A DNA stretch of 64,000 bases from Syntrophales bacterium (GTDB taxonomy: Bacteria > Desulfobacterota > Syntrophia > Syntrophales > PHBD01). Below the pieces are notes generated by a model, which searched no databases, had not been told where the DNA came from, and was given only the letters and a program-made list of their open reading frames with translations. Location of the stretch: assembly GCA_963668175.1 (NCBI GenBank), contig OY764159.1, positions 1,920,001 to 1,984,000 on the forward strand. The letters run 5' to 3'. Both the position numbers and the translations under genes were made by a program. Shown piece by piece: positions 9,605-19,902 of the stretch (positions are counted from its first letter, which is position 1; every line of letters starts with the position of its first letter).

Positions 9605-11656
9605 TTATTTGGTCGGGTCACCGGATGGAGAGACTGCGGCGGTCGCCGCCGGATTCATCGCTATCATGTCGAGAAGGATATTGACGCCTTCCTCGTCGAA
9701 GGGAATTTCCCGTTCCTTGGACTTTTTCCGCAATTCCGACCAGTCCGTCTTGGCGAGGTTCTCCTTTTTGGTTTCGTCGCGCAGGTCTGCTATCCGGACG
9801 ATGCCTTTCTTCGCCGCGATCTCCTGGTTCGTCTTCACGATTTCTGCGAAGGCCTTGCTCTTTTCGACCCTGGCCTTGGATTTGGCGGCCAGGTAGGAAA
9901 CGAGGGCCGGATCGACGGGGCGCCAGGGAGGATATGGGACCGACGCGTTTGCCGGGGTATAGACGAAGGGAGGGATAGCCTGGGTGGGCAGGGCGTAATC
10001 GAGGGTCTGCTCGCCGATGTCCTCGTTGCTGAAGAGGCCGGGGAGGACGACGTCCGCGGCGACGCCCGCCTTCTGGGTGGACGTGCCGCCGGGGAGGAAA
10101 AACATATCGGTCGTGACCCTCATGCCGCCGAGCCCCCGGGGAAGCTGTTCGACGCGCTGGACGGAGCCCTTGCCGAAGGTGTGGTCGGCGCCGACGATGA
10201 CGGCCCGGCGGTAATCTTTCAGCGCCCCGGCGACGATTTCGCTCGCCGATGCGGAAAGGCGGCTAGTGAGTACAACAAGGGGTCCCGTGTAGACGGCCGC
10301 CCGGTTCTCCCTCGGGTAGCCCGTGATCTTCAGCATGCCGTTCCCGGTCTCCCGCGACGAGATGCCGTTGGCAAGGATGTTGATGCGGCCCTCCGCGTTT
10401 TTCGTCGCCACAACGCCGCCGCGATCGATGAAAAGTCCCGTAATACGGACGGCGTCGTTGAGAAGGCCGCCGCCGTTGCGGGAAAGATCGAGGACGATCC
10501 CGTCCACTTTCTTTGCCTTGGCTTCTTCGAGAAGGGCCTTGACGTCCCTGTAGGCCGACTTCCCCTCCTTCTGCTCGCCGTAGAACGAGGGCAGCCTGAT
10601 AATGCCGAATAGGTATTTCTGTTTCCCGACTTTCCTGTTCTCGTAAGTGATCTTCGCTTCCTGTTCCTTGAGGTTGATCTTGTCGCGTACGATGGTTACG
10701 GTGAAGCGGTCCGTTTTTGCGCCGCGCCGGAGGATCGTCAGGGTGACCCTGGTTCCTTTCTTGCCGCGGATCATCTTGATGACCTCTTTGAGGTCCATGT
10801 CGATCACGTTGACGGGTTTTTCCTTTTCCTGGGCCACGGCGATGATTCTGTCCTTCGGCTTGATAAGGCCGCTGCGTTCCGCCCCGCCGCCGGGAACCAG
10901 CTCTTCGATGATGGTGAAGCCGTTTTCGCTGCTCAGCATGGCCCCGATTCCTTCCAGGGAGAGCTGCATATGGATGCGGAATTCCTCCAGGCTGTCCGGG
11001 GACATGTAGGCGCTGTGGGGGTCCAGGGCCACGGCGAAGGCCTCGGCGAAGGACTCGATCAGCTTGTCCGGATTGCGTTCGGCGAGGCGCTTGGTCTGCA
11101 ACTCGTAGCGGTGGATGAGCTGTTTCTTGGCCTCCGCGAGGCTGTTGTCCGCCAGAAGGTCGTTGGCGATCTGGAAATGGACGAATTTCCGCAGGATGTC
11201 TTCTTTTTCGGCCTTCGTCTTCGGATAGGGCCGCTTGTCGATGTCGGTGTTGATCTCCACGGACTCGTCGAGCTTATAGCCGGCGCCCAGGAACTCTTTG
11301 ACGAACTGTTCGTTCTCTTTCGCCCGCTTGAGAAGCAGGCTGTAAACATCTGTGAGTGCGGTACATTTGCCCTCCTGTATCGTGCCGAACATTTCGATGA
11401 GGTCCCGGCGGAGCTTCACCACGTCCGCTTCGTAAAAAAGGGTCTTGGTCGTGTCGAGGCGCTTGATCATCTGGTCGACCGTATGGGCCGCGATCGTTTC
11501 GTCCAGGAACCTCATGGCGTAGTGATTGGCGAGAAAGTCGTTCATGATGCCCGGGAGGTAGTTGCACGTGAGATTGTCCGCCCGCGAACAGGCGGGGAGC
11601 AGTATGATCGTAAGTGCTATGAGGAGCAAGCGCAGAACGCGAAAATATCTTTTCAT
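9605..11656 (-). CDS. Carboxy-terminal processing protease (S41A, Prc/Tsp-like)
   Basis: Signal peptide, LDPHSAY, LSLEGIGA PDZ, DLSRNGGG, SASASEI, TFGKGSVQ. Confidence 0.93.
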   Translation of the reverse strand: MKRYFRVLRLLLIALTIILLPACSRADNLTCNYLPGIMNDFLANHYAMRFLDETIAAHTVDQMIKRLDTTKTLFYEADVVKLRRDLIEMFGTIQEGKCTALTDVYSLLLKRAKENEQFVKEFLGAGYKLDESVEINTDIDKRPYPKTKAEKEDILRKFVHFQIANDLLADNSLAEAKKQLIHRYELQTKRLAERNPDKLIESFAEAFAVALDPHSAYMSPDSLEEFRIHMQLSLEGIGAMLSSENGFTIIEELVPGGGAERSGLIKPKDRIIAVAQEKEKPVNVIDMDLKEVIKMIRGKKGTRVTLTILRRGAKTDRFTVTIVRDKINLKEQEAKITYENRKVGKQKYLFGIIRLPSFYGEQKEGKSAYRDVKALLEEAKAKKVDGIVLDLSRNGGGLLNDAVRITGLFIDRGGVVATKNAEGRINILANGISSRETGNGMLKITGYPRENRAAVYTGPLVVLTSRLSASASEIVAGALKDYRRAVIVGADHTFGKGSVQRVEQLPRGLGGMRVTTDMFFLPGGTSTQKAGVAADVVLPGLFSNEDIGEQTLDYALPTQAIPPFVYTPANASVPYPPWRPVDPALVSYLAAKSKARVEKSKAFAEIVKTNQEIAAKKGIVRIADLRDETKKENLAKTDWSELRKKSKEREIPFDEEGVNILLDMIAMNPAATAAVSPSGDPTK

Positions 11657-12089
11657 GTTATCGGTTTTTTCCTTCCCGGCGCCTGCGCCGTTGCGAAATG
11701 ACGCCGCCGGCCTGTTGCGCCGGCGGTTGCGGGTGTCGTGCTTTGATATTCCTTTGCCCGGGGGACCTCGCCTTTACCGGGGATCTTTTAATTATTTGAA
11801 GATAGAGGCGAAACCCTTTTTTTGTCAAGGAAAAAGGTTAAAAAAACCCGCCGAACGGGGGGGCGCCGCCGCATGGAAAAAAGAACAGTATACGGGCAGA
11901 GAAAGACTGTATTCATCCCAACTCCATTGACTTTGCCTCCGGTCCCGTATATGGTGAAAAATCGATGTTCGAAGGAAAGCAGCGGTTCCTGCCGGCGCAG
12001 ATGCCCCGGCTTCGCCTGGGTGCGGTGGAGGCGCTGAGGATTTTCATGTTTAAGGGCTTTTATAAAATTCAATGCAAGGGAGATGATTC

Positions 12090-12611
12090 ATGAAAAGAAA
12101 ATGTCTGTCCATGGCGGTCCTGTTGGTTCTCGTGATACTGTTCGGCTGCGCCACGTCCCGGGACATGGCCGACAAGAAGGCCAGCGGCGAGGCCACGAAT
12201 GTTTCCTACGACTACCCGTGGGAAAAGGTGTACGACGCTTACCATTACGTTCTGGAAAACACGGCCATGAGCCCCATCAACATCAGGACGAGTTCGCCCT
12301 TCAGCCACACCAAGTACCTGAAGATGGAGAAGATAATCATGGTCATGAATTACGCTGTGTCGACCAAGCATGTGGAACTCGCCATGTACTTCACGGCGGA
12401 GGGGGACGGCAAGACGAAGGTCACGATCGTCGGAGGGACGACCTTGTTCACCACATTCACCCAGCAGGCCGCCGTCAGGCAGATCGTCGACGAAGTCGCG
12501 TTCGTCCTGAAGAACGACGGCAAAGGCTATAACGACTATTCGACGGCGAATTCGGAGAAATGGGAAGACAGAGGCGAAAACAAAGGGAAAGCCGCTGATC
12601 CCGGTATATGA
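12090..12611 (+). CDS. Uncharacterised lipoprotein (paralogue 1 of 3)
   Basis: Lipobox LFGC; YDYPWEKVY motif shared with 16424 and 16958; upstream TTGACT-N17-TATGGT (11927-11955). Confidence 0.8.
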   Translation: MKRKCLSMAVLLVLVILFGCATSRDMADKKASGEATNVSYDYPWEKVYDAYHYVLENTAMSPINIRTSSPFSHTKYLKMEKIIMVMNYAVSTKHVELAMYFTAEGDGKTKVTIVGGTTLFTTFTQQAAVRQIVDEVAFVLKNDGKGYNDYSTANSEKWEDRGENKGKAADPGI

Positions 12612-12839
12612 TAAATTCCCTGTCCCGTCCGGTGCGTGAACGCGCGGCGGACGGGACGATGCGTGCCGCACAGGGGCTTCGCCGGGACGGTTCGATCAAG
12701 AATGAAAAGGCTTGACCCCGTTCCGCAATGATGTATATTTCATCCGTATGTCATGCAGGCTGCAGGGAGAAGGCCGGATCGTTCAACATATGCGCCCGGA
12801 GGTTATGCCGAAATGTCGCGACGGTTTGCCGCTTAACGC

Positions 12840-12872
12840 CCCCGTTTCTTAAGAAGAAACCGGGGTTTTTTT
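12840..12872 (+). terminator. Intrinsic terminator
   Basis: CCCCGTTTCTT-AAG-AAGAAACCGGGG followed by T7. Confidence 0.7.
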
Positions 12873-13002
12873 GCGGTCGGCGCCCGCCTTGGTTATGCAC
12901 CCGGGGCAAATGCGGAGGCAGGGAGAAAAGATGCCGCCGCCGGCCTTTCTCGCGGACATCAGTGATCGCGCAGGCATACAGGGACGGCGCCGCAGCGAAG
13001 AC

Positions 13003-13593
13003 TTAACGCGGCAGCAGCAGTTCCCGTGCCCCTTTCAGGAATATCTCGACGGCGACGAGCGTGAGCAGCATGCCCATGAGGCGCTCGATGGCCGTCAGCA
13101 CGCGGTCTCCCAGAAGACGGCCGACATGTTCGGAAAAGAGCAGCACGGCACCCGACGCGAACCAGGCCATGATGAGGGCGGCGAACCATTCCGGCCAGCG
13201 CGACGGGTCCCTGGCCATGAGGAGCAGGACGGTAGCGACGGCGGAAGGGCCGGCGACGAGCGGTATGGCCAGGGGAACGATCAGCGGCTCCCCGGCGGGG
13301 ATATCGCCGAATATCTTTTCCGAACCGATGAAGATCATCTTCAGGGCGATCATGAAGAGGACGATCCCTCCGGCGATGCTCAGGGACGGTTCGGAAATGT
13401 CGAGGTAGCTGAGGATATAGCGGCCCGCAAAGAGGAAAAGGACAAGAACGATAAGGGCGATCAGCATCTCCCGTGCGATGATCCCTTTGCGCCGTTCCTC
13501 CGGGACGCTTTTCAGGATGGAGAGGAAAAGCGGGATGTTCCCGAAGGGGTCGATCACCAGGAACAGCAGTATGGCCGCCGAAAACATGGACAT
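13003..13593 (-). CDS. MarC/NAAT family membrane protein (YhgN-like)
   Basis: DPFGNIPLF, IAGGIVLF, IVPLAIPLVAGP, ERLMGMLL. Confidence 0.92.
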   Translation of the reverse strand: MSMFSAAILLFLVIDPFGNIPLFLSILKSVPEERRKGIIAREMLIALIVLVLFLFAGRYILSYLDISEPSLSIAGGIVLFMIALKMIFIGSEKIFGDIPAGEPLIVPLAIPLVAGPSAVATVLLLMARDPSRWPEWFAALIMAWFASGAVLLFSEHVGRLLGDRVLTAIERLMGMLLTLVAVEIFLKGARELLLPR

Positions 13594-13949
13594 AACGACA
13601 TCGCTTTCGTGTGCGTCGGGTGCGGCACGGAGCCGTCCCGGACCGGTTGCGCGTTGAACCGCCGCCCGCCGGGCCGCGAAGACCCGGCAAGGGAAGCGTC
13701 CATACGGGACATGTAAATAATATAGCACAGCGGCAGCCATAGTTCAAAAGGAGACGGAGGCGGGACTGCCGGCGCGCATCGGGCGCCGGGGAAGGAGAGG
13801 AATTACAGGGCCAAGGCCGGCCGGCAGGGCGTTCCGGCCTGCGGAGGCGGATTGTGCATGTTTGGTATATCCGTGGGACATCCCGGCGATAAGAGGACGG
13901 TTTACGAAAAACCGCCATCCAATAAAGCGAGGGAAAAGGAGGGGAGCAC

Positions 13950-14744
13950 ATGGATTACGAAAGCATCATCTTCGAGAAATCGGACCGCATTGCGACCATC
14001 AGACTCAACCGTCCCAAGTATTTCAACGCCCTGGACTTCACGCTCGGCAACGAACTGGTGAACGCCCTGGAGATCTGCCAGGACGACGAAGACATCCGGG
14101 TCGTGGTCCTGACCGGGGAGGGCAAGGCCTTCTGTTCCGGCGGCGACCTCCGCCTCTTCCGGGAGCAGGTGGACAGCGCCAATCCTTCGGATGTGGTGCG
14201 GAAGCTCGTGCGGGTCTTCAACGCCACGATCCACGCCGTCCGGCACATGCCCAAGCCCGTGATCGCCTCCATCAACGGCGCCCTGGGCGGCGGCGGTTTC
14301 ACCCTGGCTGCGGCCTGCGACATCCGCATCGCGGCGTCTTCCGCCATCCTGCGGCAGGCCTACACCAGCGTCAGCCTCGTCCCCGACGGCGCGTGGACGC
14401 TCATGGTGCCCATGCTGATCGGCCTGGGGAAGGCCACGGAACTGCTCCTGCTCGATCCGATCCTCACGGCCCGGGAGGCCTTGGAGATGGGCCTGATCAA
14501 CCGGGTCGTGGACGACGCCGATCTGAGAAGGGTCACCATGGAAATGGCGGCAAAGCTGGCGGCCGGACCGACGCGCTCTTTCGCCATCGCGAAGGACAAC
14601 CTGAACCACGCGACACTCGACCTCCTGGAGAGGCAGCTCGAACTGGAGCGGTCGGGAATGATCCGGGCGGCAAGGACCGCCGACTACAGGGAAGGCCTGA
14701 AGGCGTTCTTCGAGAAAAGGGAGGCCCGTTTCACGGGGAAGTGA
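13950..14744 (+). CDS. Enoyl-CoA hydratase/isomerase family (PaaG-like)
   Basis: LNRP..NAL, AFCSGGDL, PKPVIASING, ACDIRIA, REGLKAFFEKR. Confidence 0.92.
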   Translation: MDYESIIFEKSDRIATIRLNRPKYFNALDFTLGNELVNALEICQDDEDIRVVVLTGEGKAFCSGGDLRLFREQVDSANPSDVVRKLVRVFNATIHAVRHMPKPVIASINGALGGGGFTLAAACDIRIAASSAILRQAYTSVSLVPDGAWTLMVPMLIGLGKATELLLLDPILTAREALEMGLINRVVDDADLRRVTMEMAAKLAAGPTRSFAIAKDNLNHATLDLLERQLELERSGMIRAARTADYREGLKAFFEKREARFTGK

Positions 14745-14780
14745 ACCGGCGGGGAATACATATGACAAGGAGCATGTTTC

Positions 14781-15119
14781 ATGAGTAAAGCAAATGCCGG
14801 CGTGACTGTCGAAGACGAACAGAAACTTGCGGAAATTTTGAAAGCGAACGACCGCATCGTCGCCCTGTTCTATGCATCCTGGTGCCCGTTTTGCGCCAGG
14901 TTCCTGCCGATTTTCGCAAAACAGGCCGGTGCCGGACGGAACTTTATCTTCGTCAAGGACGACGATGAAGAAATCGCGGGCCGTTACGCCGTAGATATTT
15001 ATCCCACGGTGATCTTTTTCAAGGGCGGAAAAGCCGTAAGGAGGCTGGACGGCAAGGCCGGTGTCGGCCTGAACGAAAAGCAGCTGACCGAATTCGTCGA
15101 GTTGTGCGGGCCTGCCTGA
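14781..15119 (+). CDS. Thioredoxin-like protein
   Basis: FYASWCPFC motif and cis-Pro loop YPT. Confidence 0.85.
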   Translation: MSKANAGVTVEDEQKLAEILKANDRIVALFYASWCPFCARFLPIFAKQAGAGRNFIFVKDDDEEIAGRYAVDIYPTVIFFKGGKAVRRLDGKAGVGLNEKQLTEFVELCGPA

Positions 15120-15218
15120 AAGCGGCGCCCGGCAGGATCGCGAAGGCGGAGAGAAGGGAATCGGAAAAAACAGACGGGCCGCTCTCTATGGCAGATCGGT
15201 CCGATAAGCGAGGATCGT

Positions 15219-15686
15219 ATGGTAAAAGTACGCACGGCGACGCCGGCCGACTATAACGACTGGCTTGCGCTGGCGAAAGAGGTGGAGCCGCTGTTCGGCC
15301 CCATGGTCGGCGATGCATCCTTCCGCGATGCGCTGAAAAGCGCCCTCCTCGAACGGAGCGCGTTATGCGTTTCCGGGCCGGCAGGGGACGGCGGGGAGAT
15401 GTTTCACGGCGGTGTCGTCGTTTCCAGGGAAGCCAACGAAATCCTCTGGCTTGCCGTCTGCCGGGACAGCCGCCGGCAGGGAGCGGGGAAAGCGCTGCTG
15501 GCGGAGGCCATCGCGGGGATGGACAGGGACAGGCCGGTGACGGTGACGACCTTCGACGGGACCGTCGAGGCGGGTCTCCCCGCCAGACGGCTCTACCTGT
15601 CGTTCGGCTTCGTTGACGGAGAACCGGCGGGAGCGAACCCTGCGGGTATTCCCACGGCTACAATGGTTCTTGCGGCGTCTTCGTGA
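15219..15686 (+). CDS. GNAT family N-acetyltransferase
   Basis: RRQGAGKALL acetyl-CoA motif, ARRLYLSFGF. Confidence 0.88.
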   Translation: MVKVRTATPADYNDWLALAKEVEPLFGPMVGDASFRDALKSALLERSALCVSGPAGDGGEMFHGGVVVSREANEILWLAVCRDSRRQGAGKALLAEAIAGMDRDRPVTVTTFDGTVEAGLPARRLYLSFGFVDGEPAGANPAGIPTATMVLAASS

Positions 15687-15895
15687 CAGCCGTGCGGATG
15701 TCCCGGAAGCCCGAGGCGCTTCCCGTCCGTTGCCGTTGTCTCGCGGGATGCGGGGCCGGTTCGGGCGGTTGCCGGACCGGACAAGAAGCGGCTGACCGAA
15801 TTCGTCAAATTGTGCCGGACCGCCGGATAAGGGTTGGAAAATCGCCGCGGCGGTTCGGTCGATGAAAGTCCGGGGCGTTGTTTGTAGAAGGATGT

Positions 15896-16228
15896 ATGAA
15901 GAGCAGTATGAACGAGCAGAGATCGGGGAGGCCGACGGGAAAAGCGAAAATCGCGCTCGCGTTTCTCATGGCGGGCCTCTTTTTCCTGGGGTCGGTCCTT
16001 GCCGATTTTGCCGATGCCCGGACGCGGCGGCACGACCGGCACGGCCGCCCGGCGCAGAAGACCGTCGCCAAGAAGCGCACGGGCAAGCCGCAAAAACAGA
16101 AAAAGCCCAGGGCCAGGAAAATCAAACGCGGCAAGAAAAGCCCCGTCAGGAAGAACGCCGACGACAAGGTCGTCTTCATGCGCGGCGATTCACGCCCGTT
16201 CGTGAAAAAGGCCGACGGGCCTTCCTGA
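15896..16228 (+). CDS. Small, highly basic exported/membrane-anchored hypothetical protein
   Basis: Signal-like hydrophobic segment ending ADA, then a Lys/Arg-rich tail; start uncertain. Confidence 0.55.
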   Translation: MKSSMNEQRSGRPTGKAKIALAFLMAGLFFLGSVLADFADARTRRHDRHGRPAQKTVAKKRTGKPQKQKKPRARKIKRGKKSPVRKNADDKVVFMRGDSRPFVKKADGPS

Positions 16229-16423
16229 TTGCGCCGGCGGGACATAAGCAGGACGAGGGCAAAGAACAGGCGGGAAAGCAGCGGCGGCAACGACGTGTCG
16301 CCGAACGAGGAGGCGGTTATGGCGGGAGTGAACGAAGGGGGCTGCGGCCGGTAGATATTGTCCGGAGCGGTTCCGTTCGTTCGTAATCTTTCAAACAAAT
16401 CCATTGAACCAGGGGGGGTACCA

Positions 16424-16921
16424 ATGAAAAAGAGCATTGCATTCGTTTTGATTCTGTCGGTCGTTGTCACGGTCTTCGGTTGCGCCACGCCTCAGGACAT
16501 GGCGCAGAAGAAAGCCGGCGGCGAAGCCATTCACGTCTATTACGATTATCCGTGGGAAAAGGTCTACGAGACGTATCGTTACGTCCTCGAGAATTCCGCC
16601 ATGGAACCCATCCTCGCAAGGACAAGCACGCCTTTCAGCCGTATCAAATATCTCACCTATCAGAAAGTGATCATGGTCATGTTCTACGGGGTGACGTTCA
16701 GGGATGTGGAACTGGCCATTTACTTCACGCCGGAGTCGGATAAAAGGACGAAAATCTCCCTCGTAAAAGGCCTGACCATGCTGGGAACGGTGAACCAGGA
16801 CGAGGCCGTCAGGGAGATCTTCGACGAGGTCGACTTTGTCCTGAAGAACAAGGGCCAGGGCTATATCGAATACACGACGGCCAATTCCGCGAAGTACGAT
16901 CTGGAGAAGCCGTTCAAGTAG
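16424..16921 (+). CDS. Uncharacterised lipoprotein (paralogue 2 of 3)
   Basis: Lipobox VFGC; clear similarity to 12090-12611. Confidence 0.8.
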   Translation: MKKSIAFVLILSVVVTVFGCATPQDMAQKKAGGEAIHVYYDYPWEKVYETYRYVLENSAMEPILARTSTPFSRIKYLTYQKVIMVMFYGVTFRDVELAIYFTPESDKRTKISLVKGLTMLGTVNQDEAVREIFDEVDFVLKNKGQGYIEYTTANSAKYDLEKPFK

Positions 16922-16957
16922 GATGCGTTCATAAAACGTCATGAACTTGGGGGGGCC

Positions 16958-17491
16958 ATGAAGCGAAGAGGTTTATTCATTCTGGTGGTGTCCTTTATTA
17001 TCGTCATCTTCGGGTGTATGCCCGCCTGGAAGGAAGAAAGGCAGGCTAAATACGGAAGCGAGCCCGTCGATGTCTCTTACGACTATTCATGGGAGAAAGT
17101 GTACGACGCCTATCACTATGTCTTCCGGAATTCTCTCATGCCGCCCATCGTTATGAGATCAAGGTGGGAGTACAGTCATCTGGCATTATTGACCAAGGAG
17201 AAAAGAATAGTCGTCATGGTCTATGTTCCGGCCATCTTTATATACCAAGACATTGAATTGGATATTTCCTTCACGCCTGAGGGAAACAATAGAACGAAGG
17301 TCCATATCGTAAAAGGCGTGACCAATCTTCAGAAGCATCAGGAGTACGCGGTCAAAATGCTCCTGGACGAAGTGAATTTTGTTCTTAAGAATGACGGCAA
17401 GGGTTTCTTTGATTATACGAAGACGAATTCCTTGAAATGGTATCGAGACACCATGGCCGAAAGGATGAATTGGAATTACAACTTGAAATGA
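16958..17491 (+). CDS. Uncharacterised lipoprotein (paralogue 3 of 3)
   Basis: Lipobox IFGC; YDYSWEKVYDAYHYV, DEVNFVLKNDGKG. Confidence 0.8.
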   Translation: MKRRGLFILVVSFIIVIFGCMPAWKEERQAKYGSEPVDVSYDYSWEKVYDAYHYVFRNSLMPPIVMRSRWEYSHLALLTKEKRIVVMVYVPAIFIYQDIELDISFTPEGNNRTKVHIVKGVTNLQKHQEYAVKMLLDEVNFVLKNDGKGFFDYTKTNSLKWYRDTMAERMNWNYNLK

Positions 17492-17618
17492 TGCGGCCGT
17501 GTGTTGTGGATGTGGCAGGCTTAATCTCCCGTTCGTATAAGGGATGACGATGAGCCCCGTGCGCGCCTCATCGAAATGGGGTCGGACACAGCAACAGGGA
17601 AAGAAGGGGTATTCCTTT

Positions 17619-17801
17619 ATGAAGCCCGTCAAGGTTGTCACTATCTTGCTTTTGATTTTCATCGCCCTGGCCCAGCTTCTGCGCGTGTGTTTCGGCCTGG
17701 AGATAACGATCAACGGCTACCGCGAACCCGTGTGGCTCAGTGCGGTCGCCGCCACGATCTTCGGCGGGCTTGCCTTCCTGCTCTGGCGCGAGGAGCGCTG
17801 A
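17619..17801 (+). CDS. Small two-TM membrane protein (60 aa)
   Basis: MKPVKVVTILLL...PVWLSAVA..IFGGLA; paralogue at 17952. Confidence 0.75.
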   Translation: MKPVKVVTILLLIFIALAQLLRVCFGLEITINGYREPVWLSAVAATIFGGLAFLLWREER

Positions 17802-17951
17802 ACCATCCGTTCAGGAAAGGACTGTTGCCGCGGAACGAATCGCCGCCGGCTGAAAAGTATGCCCCGGGGACGGCGGGCGTCCGGGACCGGGAAGCGGCGC
17901 CCGCGCCGCACATCCGAAAGAGCCGTTTCAATGTAAAGGAGGAGGTCGTTT

Positions 17952-18131
17952 ATGAAGCCTGTCAAAATTCTCACCGTGGCACTCCTGCTCTTTATCGCCG
18001 CGGCGCATCTGGTGCGCCTCGCAACCGGCATGGAGATCGTCATCGGCGGCCATGTCATTCCCGTGTGGATCAGCGCCGTCGCCGTCGTGATCTTCGGCGG
18101 CCTGGCCGCCTGCCTCTGGCGCTCGCGGTGA
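17952..18131 (+). CDS. Small two-TM membrane protein (59 aa; not in ORF track)
   Basis: MKPVKILTVALLLFIAAAHLVRLATGMEIVIGGHVIPVWISAVAVVIFGGLAACLWRSR; AAGGAGGAGG RBS. Confidence 0.8.
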   Translation: MKPVKILTVALLLFIAAAHLVRLATGMEIVIGGHVIPVWISAVAVVIFGGLAACLWRSR

Positions 18132-18345
18132 AGGCAACCGGCCGGACTGGTCCCTCAGAGCCGTCGCAGCTAGATCGTCTTTACAGGTGCGGGGGCAATC
18201 GTGGCAGCCGAACTTGTCGCCGCAAGTGGAAAGAGCGAACAATTTTGTGTAGAGATCATAGGCAAATCATGGTAGTGAAAATCTGAAGATTTATATTTGC
18301 CTAAGTTCCATTCCTCATCACCATGCCTGTTTATGGAGGAACAAT

Positions 18346-18463
18346 GGACTGATTCGTAAGACCCCGTATCTTTTGAACAAGAGAACGGGGTTTTTTAATG
18401 GCTCATATCCAAGCAAATTGGTTCAATAAAGTTATTCAGCTATATTTAAAAGAAAAGAGGTAA
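18346..18463 (+). other. Hairpin plus T-tract and short MAHIQ ORF at the island edge (terminator or IS1182-like end remnant)
   Basis: ACCCCGT...ACGGGGT-TTTTT hairpin (18361-18396), then ORF 18398-18463. Confidence 0.3.
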
Positions 18464-18465
18464 TA

Positions 18466-19902
18466 ATGCATCGCGAAATAAATCGAATTCGTGAGAAAAT
18501 GGGAACTGCTCCATGGCCCAAGTATCTAGCATCAGTACAGATAAGAAACCTACGAGGTTGGACAGGACAAACAACACGTTTCCCTTTCCCTGTGACAGTA
18601 GTTGTGGGCGAAAATGGTTCAGGGAAATCAACCATATTGAAAGCTGCAGCTTCCGCTTATACAAATAATATTCCAGGAAAATCATTTGCCGCAGGTACAT
18701 TCTTTCCAGATACGCCGTGGGAAACAATCACAGATGCTGTAATCACTTACGAAGTAAAGCAAGGAAACCAATCGCGCCAATTCAGTATCAGGAAACCTAC
18801 AACTCGTTGGCGTTTACCAAGTTCGGGTAGACCAAAGAGGGATGTAATCTGGCAAGATGTATCAAGAACTTTGCCATTAGATTCAACCGTAGGTTACTCG
18901 AAAATTGCCAAGAGAGCTGCTAGCGAAGTCTCATCAAATATTCTGATGCCGGATATTCATAAATATTTTTGTATGGTTTTAGGAAGACCATATGAAGAAT
19001 CCGGTTTCGCGGTAGCCAATGTAGATCAAAGTAAAAGCGTTGGGGTGGTGCGATATGGAGGTACAAGGTACTCCCAGTTCCATCAAGGGGCAGGAGAAGA
19101 CGCAACGCTTGACTTAATGTCAGTTCTTCAAAATATTCCGGAGACCGCTTTAGTAATCATTGATGAGATCGAAGCGTCTCTCCACCCCAGAGCCCAAAGA
19201 CGTTTGGTTCATTTCTTGCTGTGGCTTGCGCGCACAAAACAAATCCAAGTAATAATCTCGACCCATAGCAAATATATAATAGATGAACTTCCACCGGAAG
19301 CACGGGTCTTTCTTTCAAGGTCTGGTGAAGGCGTTGAGGTCATTTACGGCGTATCATCGAATTATGCACTTGATCGGATGGATGATATAGAGGCTCCCGA
19401 TTTATACGCTTTTTGTGAGGACAAAGAATCTTGTTGTTTGACGACGGAGTTGCTTCGCAAGGCTGGCATTGACCTGTCAAGAATACGGCCGATGGGCGTT
19501 GGACCCAATGATGTTGTCAAAGTGTTGGGCCGACTAGGCGCAGGGAACCGACTTCCAATTCCGTCAATTGGTGTTGTTGACCCGGATATGGAGGTTAGTA
19601 TCGGGTGCGTTAAAATACCGGGCATTAATGCACCTGAGCGTCAGGTTTTCCAAGATATACGCGATCATGCGATATCGATGCTGGCGAGTCGTATTGGTAT
19701 CGAAGAAGGTGTAGTAGCAGGTCATCTTGAGCAGACTATCGCAATTGAGGATCACCATGACTACCCCAAGGAATTTTCAAGATGGATCAATAGAACTCCG
19801 GAATATACGTGGGAGATTATGTGTCAAATTTGGGTTGAGAATTGTGTAAATCAAGATGCAATCGATGAATTCGCGCAGCCCTTTAATGAAAGTTTGTTCT
19901 AA
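18466..19902 (+). CDS. ABC/AAA ATPase with TOPRIM-like C-terminus (OLD-like; candidate defence protein)
   Basis: Walker A GENGSGKS, signature FHQGAGE, Walker B IIDEIEASLHP, STHS, then FCED...GVVDPD; markedly AT-richer than the flanks. Confidence 0.8.
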   Translation: MHREINRIREKMGTAPWPKYLASVQIRNLRGWTGQTTRFPFPVTVVVGENGSGKSTILKAAASAYTNNIPGKSFAAGTFFPDTPWETITDAVITYEVKQGNQSRQFSIRKPTTRWRLPSSGRPKRDVIWQDVSRTLPLDSTVGYSKIAKRAASEVSSNILMPDIHKYFCMVLGRPYEESGFAVANVDQSKSVGVVRYGGTRYSQFHQGAGEDATLDLMSVLQNIPETALVIIDEIEASLHPRAQRRLVHFLLWLARTKQIQVIISTHSKYIIDELPPEARVFLSRSGEGVEVIYGVSSNYALDRMDDIEAPDLYAFCEDKESCCLTTELLRKAGIDLSRIRPMGVGPNDVVKVLGRLGAGNRLPIPSIGVVDPDMEVSIGCVKIPGINAPERQVFQDIRDHAISMLASRIGIEEGVVAGHLEQTIAIEDHHDYPKEFSRWINRTPEYTWEIMCQIWVENCVNQDAIDEFAQPFNESLF

